A DNA stretch of 63,548 nucleotides, counting the filler, from Octopus bimaculoides (taxonomy: Eukaryota): the NCBI RefSeq assembly GCF_001194135.2. It is 9 parts of 8 records of this genome, joined end to end, with 100 filler letters (N's around TTAATTAATTAA, not from the genome) between each part and the next. Parts side by side here need not be neighbours in the genome. Positions count along the whole stretch, not along the records: positions 12,423 to 26,649 come from NC_068985.1; positions 26,750 to 43,152 come from NC_068987.1; 7 more parts are not named here. One strand, given 5' to 3'. The notes below the pieces were generated by a model. The model did not search any database. It saw only the letters and a list, made by a program, of their open reading frames with translations, and was not told where the DNA came from. The translations under genes were made by a program, and so were the position numbers. Shown here piece by piece: positions 25,561-39,736 of the stretch; the first letter of the stretch is position 1; every line of letters begins with the position of its first letter.

Positions 25561-25717
25561 ACATGCATACATACATACATACATACATACATACATACAT
25601 ACATACATACATACAAGTAAAAGTAACATCCAATATTTGTTGTTATGTATCTATCTACTCTGAAAACACTGATAAACATTTAAAGACACAAAACAAACGC
25701 CACCTTCCTTTCAGTCA

Positions 25718-25801
<84 letters not shown>

Positions 25802-25814
25802 TCCCTCTCTGTTG

Positions 25815-25848
<34 letters not shown>

Positions 25849-26038
25849 TCCCTCTCTGTTCCTCCTCTCTCTCTCTCGCTTTACCGCTCACTTCAAGTAT
25901 AATTCCTCTGCTAACACCATTTTTTTCTTCTTTTTCTTTCTACTTCTCCCTTCAACTGTAGAAAAGTAACAATGACATCCGCAGGTATTTGCTAAGAGAG
26001 AGAGACAGACAGAATAACTGTCAGATAGACAGACATAG

Positions 26039-26117
<79 letters not shown>

Positions 26118-27684
26118 AATGTTGCCTATCTAACGATATTTATCATATATCGTCGAAAATGAAAAGTCTTCCAGCGTTTTCTCTATGAGAATAATTTCAT
26201 TCTTTTTCACTATTATTCTCTATCCATTTCTTTCCTTCACTCAATTTATCTCTCTAAATCTCCATGTATCTTCCCCTCCCCCCTCTCTTTCCTCTATGTC
26301 TTCTTGCCTGTAACCGTCTTCCTGCGTTTACTTCCTTTAAGTTACCACTCACTGTGTCTCTCACTCTCTGTCTTTCCTCAGGTATTTACTGACAGAAAAA
26401 CAGACAGAGGGAGAGAAAGAGTGTGTAACAGAGGGAGCCTGGGCTGAACAAAGAGGGGACAAATATAAAATAGGGACAACGAACAAAAGGGATCGAAATC
26501 GTTTGGGATATACAAAAGTTGAAATAGTACAAAAAATTCCCAAAAGTGTGGAGGTTTATCCGTGAAAAAAAAAAAATCCTACGAAAAGACCACGGTAACC
26601 TCGGGCGATAATTTCACACAATAACACATTTATAAGTAGGTAACTCTCTNNNNNNNNNNNNNNNNNNNNNNNNNNNNNNNNNNNNNNNNNNNNTTAATTA
26701 ATTAANNNNNNNNNNNNNNNNNNNNNNNNNNNNNNNNNNNNNNNNNNNNCCGTAATAAGTGAGTTCTTCAAATAGTTCTAATAAAACATATTATTAATTC
26801 CCTCAAAGGTTAGAAGATTAAAATTATTTACGATTCAAATTATTTATCTAAACATTCGTAATTTATTAACCTAAATTAGAACATATTTTAAATCTTGATA
26901 AACTCTTGTAACAACCAACACATACAAAATTTATGTACGTATGAATATACCGGTATAGGTGTTTATATATACACGTGTATCTGTGAGAGAAAATGTGTAT
27001 GTGTGTGTCTGTGTTTACATATTCAGGGTTTTGTATAAACTAGAGGTGTTTCTATTGATTTTTTTGTGTACATATACGCATTATCATTTATATTTTTACT
27101 TTCGAGTCTTTTCTCGAAGTCTTTTCTCGAAGTATAAAGAAATAATAAAATATTAGCTACAAGCGAAATTTTGCAAAGAAAAATATTTATATAGGGATAA
27201 GACAAGAATCAGTTAAAGCAAAAAAAGGACAAAATCTAAAGGAAATTCTGATATATTCCAAGGAAAACGAAGGGACAAAATAAGCGAAAGAATTAGTAAG
27301 ACAAGAGGTAGACATGACAGCTCTTTGTCATACGCCATTGTCTCATGCTTTTGTACACGGTTATTTAGATCTCATATCAACTAATTCTCTTTTCCAAGGT
27401 GTCCTTCCCTTTGTAAGACGATAGGATGTGATTTGAAGGAGATTTTGGCTGCTGTTTCTGGGATATAGAGAAAAATCATTGGCTTATAAATTAGATCTGA
27501 CAACGTGTAAAGTTTTCAAAAAGAAGTTGTTGAAAAACTTAATGTAAGAATGTAGTGTTCCTCGTTATTAAGTATTCCCATATGTTTCCCTTCAACAAGT
27601 TCCCTCTATTTTTATTGATGTTTGTCTAAGTACTTTATTTAATTTGTACACATACATACATGCATGCATACATACATACATATT

Positions 27685-27716
<32 letters not shown>

Positions 27717-27917
27717 TGTATGTATGTATGTATGTATGTATGTATGTGTGTATGTGTATGTGTGTGTGTGTGTGTGTGTGTGTATGCGTGTGAAGTAGCT
27801 GCAAAGTGTTGAAGAGTAAAGATTGAAAAGCAGTGAGTTTCCACACACACACACACATATATATATGTATGTATATACATATATATGTATATATATATGT
27901 ACATATGTATATATATG

Positions 27918-27964
<47 letters not shown>

Positions 27965-28397
27965 TTATATACATTTATTTATATATATATGTACGTATGT
28001 CTATCTATCTAACTAGCTATAAATATATTAGAATATACAACATAAATTATATATGAAATATATATGCGTATATTAATGCACACGCATATATAAACACACG
28101 CACTCACACGTATGCAGAGAACCAAGCAGAGCTCATAGTAAGCACTCCTGCATGGAATCAGTTATCAGGTTAAAAATGTAATTAAATTATGTATAATTAG
28201 ACTTGCCCATGCAAGCGAAAATTCAGAATGTACTAGCAGTAAGTATTTCCAGGAGTGAATAATAAGCTTAAAATGAAGGGATATGAGAGGTGAATGCAGA
28301 TCTATTGTTTTCATGATTTCCATATGATTACTGATCTCACACTCTTTTCCATGTAATATAATTAATCTCAGTGTTCTAAATTATATACGTACATTAT

Positions 28398-28568
28398 AGG
28401 CGCAGGAGTGGCTGTGTGGAAAGTAGCTTGCTTACCAACCACATGGTTCTGGGTTCAGTCCCACTGCGTGGCACCTTGGGCAAGTGTCTTCTACTATAGC
28501 CTCAGGGCCGACCAAAGCCTTGTGAGTGGATTTAGTAGACGGAAACTAAAAGAAGCCCGTCGTATATA

Positions 28569-28619
<51 letters not shown>

Positions 28620-28833
28620 GTGTGTGTGTGTTTGTGTGTCTGTGATCGCCCCCAAACTTGCTTGAGAACCGATGCTGGTGTGTTTACGTCCCCGTAACTT
28701 AGCGGTTCGGCAAAAGAGAGACAAATAGAATAAGTACGAGGCTTACAAAGAATAAGTCTTGGGGGCGATTTGCTTGACTAAAGGCGGTGCTCCAGCATGG
28801 CCGCAGTCAAATGACTGAAACAAGAAAAAGAGT
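28398..28833 (+). mobile_element. SINE family A, full length
   Basis: AGGCGCAGGAGTGGCTGTGTGG...AAATGACTGAAACAAGAAAAAG. Confidence 0.85.
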
Positions 28834-30020
28834 ACTATGCGTATTAACGTTATGTAATACAATTCTGTATTCATATAGAGATGTGTAATAGAGAAAATTA
28901 ACTCATCTGATCACACATCTCTCAGAACATTATGGATGCATGCAAGATTTGACTCTGTTACACAAACAAAATCCATTCTCTTTATACGCAATGTATGGAA
29001 GGCCAGGAGTATGAGATCATTTGCATTCAAGTTTTCTTCGTCAGTTTCCATTCGAGGAATGGATGCCATTATTTATAAAAATTAATGTCGAATGAAGATT
29101 AAATAAAAAAGGAAACTACAAAAAATATTAAAAAAAAAAAGACATCATCAAAATGCATAGTGATAGTCTTCCCTTAGCAGGACGTCCTGAAGATAAGGTT
29201 ACAGGATCTTGATACGTTGACAAAAGGAACTCGGAAAAACTTTCTATATATTCAAGATTGAAAAACTAAGAAGCAGAAATTTTTAATAAGGAATTACGGA
29301 AAAACAAATATGATAAAAAAAAGCATAGCAAAATTAGGTTATTAATTTCATGCAAATGCCTACTTGTGATTCATTACAAGGATTAGGGTTTGACGGAAGT
29401 AGACGATAAACTCCACTAGGAATTGAACTAGTATAGCCAGCATTGAGACACCGCTCACACACGCCTTTGAATTTAGTTCACACATGTTCTCTGCTCATAT
29501 AACAGGAAGTTAATCATGAAATATTAATCGCAATTTCAAGGATTATAGATCACACATTACGATGCGCGCGCAAAAATCGTTTTTATGTATGTATGACTTG
29601 TGTAGGCGTATATGTATACTTGTATGTACAATTTTTCCTTCAGTTATATTTAAATTCTTGAAAGGGTTCAATCCGGTTGCTAACAAAGCGACATGCCATT
29701 TTGAGTTAAGAGAGTTCCCGGTGTTTGTAAATATGTGGTTGAGTTGGTGTGTTAGTTGAACTGCCAATGCACCTATTGACATAAGAATCACAGTTGTAAA
29801 ATTTTTGAAATGTCTTGTAGATCTTCACTGTGCCACTGATAGATTGGATTTAGAGAATCCATGTAAGTTTCTTTTGCGCTTTCTCCGTGAAACCGAATAT
29901 TTCTATGTATGTATGTATGTATGTATGTATGTATGTATGTATGTATGTATGTATGTATGTGTGTGTGTATGTATGTATGCACGTGTATAGATGTATATGT
30001 ATAAATATGTGGATACTTAC

Positions 30021-30109
30021 AGGCGTCCACATACTTAACGTAAAATTTAGACAATCGCAAAAATGACATCCTTCGACTCTACCATTTAGAACCTTCCAAA
30101 ACATTCTTG
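30021..30109 (-). CDS. Candidate isolated exon (RMFWKVLNGRVEGCHFCDCLNFTLSMWTP)
   Basis: Minus acceptor tgttatatttctttaag, consensus donor gtaagt, one frame open throughout. No partner exons. Confidence 0.25.
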
Positions 30110-30723
30110 CTTAAAGAAATATAACAACTTTGAAAATCCTAAACTGAGATTATTAATTTAATACAAATTGCAGAAAAACAACGGAACATTTACTGAAGGA
30201 GGAGTAAACCCAAATACTAAGTGGTGTCGAATTTGTGTTGATCAGGACGTTTGCCAGACGGACTTATTGAGCTTACATGGAATGATGTTATGTTACTTGA
30301 AGTAACAATATATAGAATCTTTCTTTTCATCGATAGCAGTGAGAGGTGGTCAAAGACTTAGTGGATAACTAGCTACAACGTGGATGTTGATTTGTTGACT
30401 ACATATACAAAGTTATGTTCCCTTAATGAAATCATTCTTTTATTCTTATACAAGATTCAGTCATTGGACAGCAGCCCGCTTGGACACTGTCTTCCTTCAA
30501 GTTTCTAATCCAGTCAGATATATTGACTGCCACTACATTGCCAAGTACATTATTTTTTATCGATCTCAGAAAGAACAAAATTGTTAGGTTGATATTGGTG
30601 GCATAAGATGACGTAAATTGTATGGTATTAGATAGAGCAAAATGATTTTGTCCGATACACTGAGTTTGTGCGGCTATCTCTTGTCAATCTGTATATGACA
30701 TACTATTACAAACATGCACACAT

Positions 30724-30758
<35 letters not shown>

Positions 30759-31393
30759 GACACAGATAGCGCGCGCGCGCACACACACAAACACACAGAT
30801 AGCGCGCGCGCACACACAAACACTTTATCACATATCCCACTTAGACGACAATGTGTAGATAGTATATATCTTAAAACTCCTAATTTCAAAATCATATTTC
30901 CGAGATATTGGTGGACTGTTTCAAATACAATATAATCCTTTCCTTTTAACCTATTCTATAATTAAAATTTTAAACTTTATGAATCGGCCGACTAAGTTTT
31001 ATAATGCATGAAATAAACGCGCAAGCACATCCCCCCACCACATCAAGCAAATCCAGTTTCCAAATGACTCCATTTGAAGATACAAGTCTTGTGTAAAAGA
31101 AGACCCCAAATTATTGCATTCAGGAACAGGTCCACCGTTTGGCCGGTTGTCATTTGTCTCTGACGAATAAAACCTGGAATAAAGTTAAATGTATCAGCAT
31201 TGCAATAAAATTTATATGGTGATATAGCTACATAAAAAGAGAAGTATATAAAGTCCTCCTTTAAGAAAATAATTTAGGTCAATAAATAAAAACATCCTGA
31301 AAATGTTTACACTTATTCAACATCCAGATAACGCCAATTACCTCGGCTTATATATATATCTATATATATATACATCCATCCATCCATACATAC

Positions 31394-31460
<67 letters not shown>

Positions 31461-31931
31461 NNNNNNNNNNNNNNNNNNNNNNNNNNNNNNNNNNNNNNNN
31501 NNNNNNNNNNNNNNNNNNNNNNNNNNNNNNNNNNNNNNNNNNNNNNNNNNNNNNNNNNNNNNNNNNNNNNNNNNNNNNNNNNNNNNNNNNNNNNNNNNNN
31601 NNNNNNNNNNNNNNNNNNNNNNNNNNNNNNNNNNNNNNNNNNNNNNNNNNNNNNNNNNNNNNNNNNNNNNNNNNNNNNNNNNNNNNNNNNNNNNNNNNNN
31701 NNNNNNNNNNNNNNNNNNNNNNNNNNNNNNNNNNNNNNNNNNNNNNNNNNNNNNNNNNNNNNNNNNNNNNNNNNNNNNNNNNNNNNNNNNNNNNNNNNNN
31801 NNNNNNNNNNNNNNNNNNNNNNNNNNNNNNNNNNNNNNNNNNNNNNNNNNNNNNNNNNNNNNNNNNNNNNNNNNNNNNNNNNNNNNNNNNNNNNNNNNNN
31901 NNNNNNNNNNNNNNNNNNNNNNNNNNNNNNN

Positions 31932-31982
<51 letters not shown>

Positions 31983-32659
31983 ATGTGTGTCTGTGTGCCT
32001 ATATGTAGAGATAGGAGGATAGATTGAGGGATAATTATTATTCTGGCTGTCATTTCATTAGCTCATCATGCAGGATCATGGCTAGCATAGTATTCCAAGA
32101 TCAAAAAGAGATCCGTAAGATATCAATTGATACTAAAAGGAAGATTATACAACTCCAAGATAAGATCCAGTGAGCTTTGTATAAGCCCCAAAAGAGAATG
32201 ATAAAAGTAATAATTTATATGAGGAAAGAAGTAAAATTGACTTTACAATTGTTTCGTAAACAGACGATATCATTTGTACCAAACAATGTTATCCAATTTC
32301 TAAAATGATATAGAATACATGTCATAATATATGGAAATTTGTAATGATATCTCTATAGTCCATTCACTTTTTCGGATGTCCTGATTTGAAGGCACGATTG
32401 ACCTTCATTGTTATATACCAGTAAAGGTGATTCAGAATTCAATTCGATTTAAAAAGTAACTATATCACCTTTAATTGAATACTAACGTCATAAGTGATGG
32501 ACCCTTGATGGAATTACAGCGACTAGGATGCATAATTGCATACAGAGCAATGTGTAGTTGCTGCAGTAGAAACATATGTTGGTCACTGTTATATATGCTG
32601 TAGAAAACTTTTTAATAAAAACGTTTTGGATGTGAATAAATAAGCACTCTCCTCTTGGT

Positions 32660-33466
32660 TTTCTTCCACCGCTAGAAGCCACTTGATGCGATCCTCAGGC
32701 ATCAGTATGCCAACCGGCGTCATCGAGTGTAGTCTTACTGCCACGTGATGCATCTTTGCTTTGCAGTACTTTATCTCCTGTTCATCGATTTTTTCCATGG
32801 CTGAAACGAAGGAACAGCGTGCTTCCTTGAAATCCTGTTTTCTGCTCCGGAAAACGGCGGCTTCAAAGCCATGCTTCAAATAGCTTACAAGGACGCTACA
32901 ATGAGAAAAACACAAGTTCATGAGTGGTTTTCACGCTTTAGGAATGGTCACTTGTCGCTTGAAATCCAACCACGTTTAGAGCGTCTGTCGACCTCCAAAA
33001 CGAATAAGGACTATCACTTAATTGACAAACTTGTTGATATGACTGGCGTATCCTGGAGCTCCTGCCAACGAATTCTGAGCGAGGAATTGCGAATGAAAAG
33101 ACTTGCAGCAAAATTTGTGCCTCGCTTGCTCACAGAAAATCAAAAAGCAGTCACGACTGAATGCGTGTTGTGAACTGAAAAAACAGTTGGAAATTGATCC
33201 GGACCTTTTTTCAAAGGTCATCACTGGTGACGAACGCTGGTGCTACGAAATTTACAGATGTGAAAGAGGTGAAGAAAAAACAACGGAGGCATTAAAAGAC
33301 ATCATTCTGCAAGAGTTCCAGCATTGCTTCGAACAGTGAAAAAACACATCTGGACCAATGCATTGCTTCAAAGGGAGAATACATTGAAGGCGATAAAAGT
33401 GTAAACATGTAAAACTAAGTGAATAAAATAATATTGCAAAATTCCAGTTTGTTTTGGGTACCCCAT
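32660..33466 (+). mobile_element. Mariner transposon, internally deleted
   Basis: MAETKEQRASLK..MLQIAY..VHEWFSRF..SCQRILSEEL.MKRLAAKFVPRLLT..ITGDERWCY|..CIASKGEYIEGD; right TIR-like TTCCAGTTTGTTTTGGGTACCCCA followed by (TA)n. Confidence 0.9.
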
Positions 33467-33487
33467 ATATATATATATATATATATA

Positions 33488-34516
33488 TTACGGTGCAAAT
33501 GGTTTTGCTATACGGTGCAGAGTTTTACAATTTTGTAAATAATAATAATGGTATTTATATAGGCTTAAAGCTTATAGCGATCGCCGTGCAATGACTAAGG
33601 AAAATAGTCTAAATAATTGGGCATATAAGCCCTCGATAGAAAAAAGTAGGCTTTCCCAGGTCGCAGGATGTATAGTGGGTACAGGNNNNNNNNNNNNNNN
33701 NNNNNNNNNNNNNNNNNNNNNNNNNNNNNNNNNNNNNNNNNNNNNNNNNNNNNNNNNNNNNNNNNNNNNNNNNNNNNNNNNNNNNNNNNNNNNNNNNNNN
33801 NNNNNNNNNNNNNNNNNNNNNNNNNNNNNNNNNNNNNNNNNNNNNNNNNNNNNNNNNNNNNNNNNNNNNNNNNNNNNNNNNNNNNNNNNNNNNNNNNNNN
33901 NNNNNNNNNNNNNNNNNNNNNNNNNNNNNNNNNNNNNNNNNNNNNNNNNNNNNNNNNNNNNNNNNNNNNNNNNNNNNNNNNNNNNNNNNNNNNNNNNNNN
34001 NNNNNNNNNNNNNNNNNNNNNNNNNNNNNNNNNNNNNNNNNNNNNNNNNNNNNNNNNNNNNNNNNNNNNNNNNNNNNNNNNNNNNNNNNNNNNNNNNNNN
34101 NNNNNNNNNNNNNNGTCGAAACGCCGGTGTTAAAACGTGGGTAGCTGAAGAAGTAGAATGTTCTCTATGTGGCTCGTGTGTTCTCGTCTACGTTTGTGTG
34201 CAATGTCCTGTACCCAGATATGCACCTATACATACAGGTGGATGTCGGTATGCACATACCTGTACGTATATATGCATATACTCATTTACTTTTGTTTATA
34301 TATATATATATATATATATTACGGTGCAAATGGTTTTGCTATACGGTGCAGAGTTTTACAATTTTGTAAATAATAATAATGGTATTTATATAGGCTTAAA
34401 GCTTATAGCGATCGCCGTGCAATGACTAAGGAAAATAGTCTAAATAATTGGGCATATAAGCCCTCGATAGAAAAAAGTAGGCTTTCCCAGGTCGCAGGAT
34501 GTATAGTGGGTACAGG
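33488..34516 (+). repeat. Identical 198-bp direct duplication flanking a gap (33488-33685 = 34319-34516)
   Basis: Base-by-base comparison shows no difference. Confidence 0.9.
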
Positions 34517-34815
34517 AGATAAGCACTGCAAAGCAAAAAAACAAAAAAAAAACAAAACAAAACAAAAAAGAAAGAATAAAAAAAACATTAAGTAGGTATA
34601 AGCACATTAACAAAATAAATAAAAGCAAATAAAACGAACGAGCATAAATAGGGGATACAGATAATACAGGCACTTCCCCCACACGCACTAACTAAACATA
34701 GACACACATAGGAGTATACGCATACGCAAATAAAGACACATACAATAGGAATACAAAATACAAAATGGCTGATCGTTAGTAAGGAAGATACACAAATAAG
34801 AAAGAAGAAAGCAAA

Positions 34816-34860
34816 GGACCACTGGTGAGGTCACAGAAGTGTGACGAAAGAACTCTGGCC
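34816..34860 (+). ncRNA. Degenerate hammerhead-like motif
   Basis: GGACCA-CTGGTGA-G-GTCAC-AGAAGT-GTGAC-GAAA-GAACTC-TGGCC; core A6 is G. Confidence 0.35.
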
Positions 34861-35040
34861 GAAATACGATTAATGTAATATAAAGCTGAAGCAAATTAAC
34901 ACCAAATATATAGTGCGTGTGTTTTTATTGGCTAAACTGGCAACATGACCATCTCCAAATACAACAATAACTGTTTCAACACACGATTTCACATCAAGAA
35001 TCTTGCAAAACGAATATATAAACGTAAATCATATATGTTT

Positions 35041-35077
<37 letters not shown>

Positions 35078-36149
35078 GATATATATGTATATATGTATGT
35101 ATATATATATANNNNNNNNNNNNNNNNNNNNNNNNNNNNNNNNNNNNNNNNNNNNNNNNNNNNNNNNNNNNNNNNNNNNNNNNNNNNNNNNNNNNNNNNN
35201 NNNNNNNNNNNNNNNNNNNNNNNNNNNNNNNNNNNNNNNNNNNNNNNNNNNNNNNNNNNNNNNNNNNNNNNNNNNNNNNNNNNNNNNNNNNNNNNNNNNN
35301 NNNNNNNNNNNNNNNNNNNNNNNNNNNNNNNNNNNNNNNNNNNNNNNNNNNNNNNNNNNNNNNNNNNNNNNNNNTATATACATATGTATATATAAAGTGT
35401 ATAAAATATTTTTTTTGACACAGAGAGAAGACTTTTGACAGGATTCCTTACATGCTAGAGAGGGCAGTTAAAACCCAAACCACGAAAAAAAAAAAAAAAT
35501 TCACGAGGCACGCTGTTATAACGCCAAAACGAACAAAAAATGAATTAGTTAATCCCGAACTCGAGTTTCTCTATTAATTGCCAAATAAACTAATTTGGAA
35601 TCTGTAAATCGTCACCAGGATCGTTAATTAATGAATAGTTATGCATTTGCAAATACGTACCGAAAACACGTGCGCAAGACAGCTACATCTTTCTCCATTA
35701 TGGATTCGAACTTAGTAAATAAACAAATTTAAAACTGTATTCTATATAGCCTCGGAATTATAAATACATATTACTATCGTAATATGAGGGTAATGAATTA
35801 ATATAATTTATTACCAGTGGTTAGGAATCCTGTTAAATGTCTCCTTTCTGTGTACAAAAATATTTTATATACTTTATATTTTAAAATGTTTGCTATGTCT
35901 TATTACTTTTATTTATGCATGCTAACCACTATTAATAAGTTACTCGGCACCTCATATAATCTGGATAAATTAAGGGAGAACTGGCCGCCACCCTCGTTCA
36001 TTGCACGATCACGGCGTTGCATATACCGTCTGTTTACAAGCAATATTTGCACTGCACTTGTTAGTGGCGATATCAAAATTCTGCTTCTTCAGCTTAAATT
36101 TACCCTTATCTATGGCTACTACGGATAAGAGAACTGAGTGCGTCAGTAG

Positions 36150-36320
36150 TAGTGTTAAATTTAAACACCAATCCATATCGATCTAAGATAAAGTAGAACT
36201 GTTGAAAAAAAAAATGGACACGGGTGTTTCCGTACGAAAGCTTTGTGATATCTAACGCATCGGTTCATCTATTGCTCATGATCTTAAGAAGCAAAGAATC
36301 AAAATATTAAAGTGACCGCA
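36150..36320 (+). pseudogene. Tigger/pogo (CENP-B/Jerky-type HTH) transposase N-terminal relic
   Basis: FKHQSISI*DKVELLKK.MDTGVSVRKLCDI*RIGSSIAHDLKKQRIKILK. Confidence 0.7.
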
Positions 36321-37886
36321 GACGGTCTGGTAAAAAGGTTAACCGTGTTGTCTTTAAAACCAATGATAATGAAAAACCAGTGGTGTACTTGTACATAACG
36401 ATTTGATTTTGGTAATTTACAAGGAAGAAGTATTGATATGAAACCAATTCTTTGGAGTCAGAAGACCAGACGATTTCACCAGTGGGTCAGTGAAAATATT
36501 GCAGTTTTCGCCGTATTATAATTTTAGGGAGATTTTCGGTGCTGTGTAGTATGGATTTTCTTTCTCTCTTGTTAAAATTTATTTAATAATACATTCAATT
36601 TATTGTTATGTATATCAATACTATACAAATGTTGCAGGTCAAGACAAGCATATAGGGTATATTACCATTTTCGCAGATGGAAACCTTTTCATTATTATAT
36701 AAAAAGGCAATGAAATATTAAACTTTACATGTAGAGTCCTCTTAATTTTGCCTTACATCTGTACGCATACGAAACGATGCGATGTTTCATCTATTTCTTT
36801 TTTAAGACTGAAAAAATATTACAGAAATAAAGACAAAGATAGATAGAGTACTAGATATGAAAAAATAAAATAAAATTAAAAATAAAAATGAAAAATTACA
36901 AGAAATTTGGCGTAAAAATCTCCCAAGAAATAACATTTGACTTTTGGAAATAGCGATTGATGTATAAAATGTGCAGCATGTTAGGGTGTTATTTTTACGG
37001 CGTACAATCATTTTATTTGGTGAAGATTTATAAATTTATTGTAATATTATATTGCTTTTGATGACGGAATCGCCCAGCTTGTAGAAACTAAAGATGTTGT
37101 TGTTAAAGATATGAAAGAAAAACACACACTCATACAGATATATATATATATATATATATANNNNNNNNNNNNNNNNNNNNNNNNNNNNNNNNNNNNNNNN
37201 NNNNNNNNNNNNNNNNNNNNNNNNNNNNNNNNNNNNNNNNNNNNNNNNNNNNNNNNNNNNNNNNNNNNNNNNNNNNNNNNNNNNNNNNNNNNNNNNNNNN
37301 NNNNNNNNNNNNNNNNNNNNNNNNNNNNNNNNNNNNNNNNNNNNNNNNNNNNNNNNNNNNNNNNNNNNNNNNNNNNNNNNNNNNNNNNNNNNNNNNNNNN
37401 NNNNNNNNNNNNNNNNNNNNNNNNNNNNNNNNNNNNNNNNNNNNNNNNNNNNNNNNNNNNNNNNNNNNNNNNNNNNNNNNNNNNNNNNNNNNNNNNNNNN
37501 NNNNNNNNNNNNNNNNNNNNNNNNNNNNNNNNNNNNNNNNNNNNNNNNNNNNNNNNNNNNNNNNNNNNNNNNNNNNNNNNNNNNNNNNNNNNNNNNNNNN
37601 NNNNNNNNNNNNNNNNNNNNNNNNNNNNNNNNNNNNNNNNNNNNNNNNNNNNNNNNNNNNNNNNNNNNNNNNNNNNNNNNNNNNNNNNNNNNNNNNNNNN
37701 NNNNNNNNNNNNNNNNNNNNNNNNNNNNNNNNNNNNNNNNNNNNNNNNNNNNNNNNNNNNNNNNNNNNNNNNNNNNNNNNNNNNNNNNNNNNNNNNNNNN
37801 NNNNNNNNNNNNNNNNNNNNNNNNNNNNNNNNNNNNNNNNNNNNNNNNNNNNNNNNNNNNNNNNNNNNNNNNNNNNNNNNNNNNNN

Positions 37887-37898
37887 TCATCATCATCA

Positions 37899-37936
<38 letters not shown>

Positions 37937-37987
37937 ACCATCATCATCATCATCATCATCATCATTATTATTATTATTATTATTATT

Positions 37988-38023
<36 letters not shown>

Positions 38024-38042
38024 GTCATCATCATCATCATCA

Positions 38043-38092
<50 letters not shown>

Positions 38093-38112
38093 ATCATCAT
38101 TATCATCATCAC

Positions 38113-38205
<93 letters not shown>
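37887..38205. repeat. Compound (CAT)/(TAT) microsatellite
   Basis: Directly visible. Confidence 0.95.
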
Positions 38206-38518
38206 ATCACAGGGTATCAAAATAAGTAAGCATAGATATAAAAGTTGATAATTTTTATCGACTTTATTCAATGGTTCGAAGTACTTTGGAATAAGACACT
38301 TGTTTATGTATGTACGTATGTATACATACACACAAGTATACGTGGGTACATACATACATACATACATACATACATACATACATGCATACATACATGCATA
38401 CATACATACATACATATATACATACACATGTACACAGAAATGTACATTCAATGTTACGTGCTAGCGTCCGAAATGTATAACACATACCTGTCTTAGAAGT
38501 GTGTACAGTCTGTAATAA

Positions 38519-39030
38519 TCTATATATATATATATAAAATTGAGAATGTATGTCTGTGTGTCTCTGTGTCTCCGTGCGTGTGCGTGTGTGTGTCTGTGTG
38601 AATCCCTAAAACTCCAGAACTACACAACCAATTTCATTCAAATTTTACACATGCCTTACTTAGGGTCCCGGTTGTGTTTTAGTAAAAAAAAATTTAGCTA
38701 CTTGCATACTTCCAGCCCATAGCAACATCATATCTCCTCCACTATTTAAGTATTACGTGTCAAAAGTGAAACAAAAATATTCATGTCATTCGAACCGGAA
38801 TCTCAAAAACATTGTCACTTTACATCTCATTCTCATTTAAGTACCACGACAGGCAAATAAAAATTACTTGTAGTTTATAAATTTCGTTTAAATAGGATCA
38901 TTACAAATATTAAATTCTCTATGCTGTTATTGAGTTCTTTACTCTGTCAATTTTAACATTCTTGATACATATAAAAAGAGTTATTTTAACTATATGTACA
39001 CGCATAAATAAAACTGGTTTCAAAGTTTGG
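38519..39030 (+). mobile_element. Non-autonomous Helitron 5' portion
   Basis: A|TC(TA)nTAAAATTGAGAATG, then a (TG) tract and AAAACT..AACCAATTTCATTCAAATTTTACAC, typical of Helitron 5' ends. 3' end not found. Confidence 0.55.
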
Positions 39031-39225
39031 TACAAAGCCTACAGTCTTGGAAGTAGGGGTAAGTCGATTACACCGACCCCCAGTGATCGACTGGTTCTTA
39101 TTTTATCGAACCAGAAAGAATGAAAGGCAAAGTCGATCTCGGTGGAATTTGAACTCGGCCTGTAAAGACAGAGGAAATGTCGGTAAACGTTTTGCCGGGT
39201 GCCGTAACGATTCTGCTAGCCCGCT
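39030..39225 (-). mobile_element. SINE family B
   Basis: Reverse complement of the family B core. Confidence 0.7.
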
Positions 39226-39324
39226 GCGTTTCACACATATAGAGTGTAATGTATAATATGTTTATATTAAAGCATATATCACATATTATACATATTAATA
39301 TTTACTTTCCTAGCTCTACATGAC

Positions 39325-39677
39325 GCCTCGGGCATGTCTTCTACTCGGGCCGACCAAAACCATGTGAATGGATTTGGTAGATGGAAAGTGTAATAAGCCT
39401 CTCCTACTTACCTACCTACCTACCTACATACATACATACATATACATATATACATATGTAAATATTATCTGTATGTGACCATTTGTGGTGTGTTTGACTT
39501 CCCCACCCACCGCTTGACCACTGTTGTTGGTTGTTTTAGCATCCCCTAACATAGAGGATGAGCAGAAGAATCTGGTCGAATAAAGTACCAGGCTTAAAAA
39601 ATAAGTTCCCGAGTCTATTTAGTCTATAAAGTGGTGCCCCAGCATGGCCGCGATCCAATAACTAAAACAAGTAAAGG

Positions 39678-39680
<3 letters not shown>
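39325..39680 (+). mobile_element. SINE family A, degenerate
   Basis: GGGCATGTCTTCTACTCGGGCCGACCAAAA...GTGGTGCCCCAGCATGGCCGC. Confidence 0.65.

Positions 39681-39736
<56 letters not shown>

Noticed and set aside
29185-29225. GTC-CTGAAGA-TAAGG..TCTT-GATACGTT-GAC hammerhead-like motif
   Set aside because: GAAA is mutated and the stems are only 3-4 bp; could be chance.
30760-30820. Tandem CACAGATAGCGCGCGCGC duplication
   Set aside because: Ordinary slippage at a (CA)/(CG) microsatellite.
36638-36705. Possible in-phase continuation exon (GQDKHIGYITIFADGNL)
   Set aside because: Weak acceptor and no donor before the stop codon.
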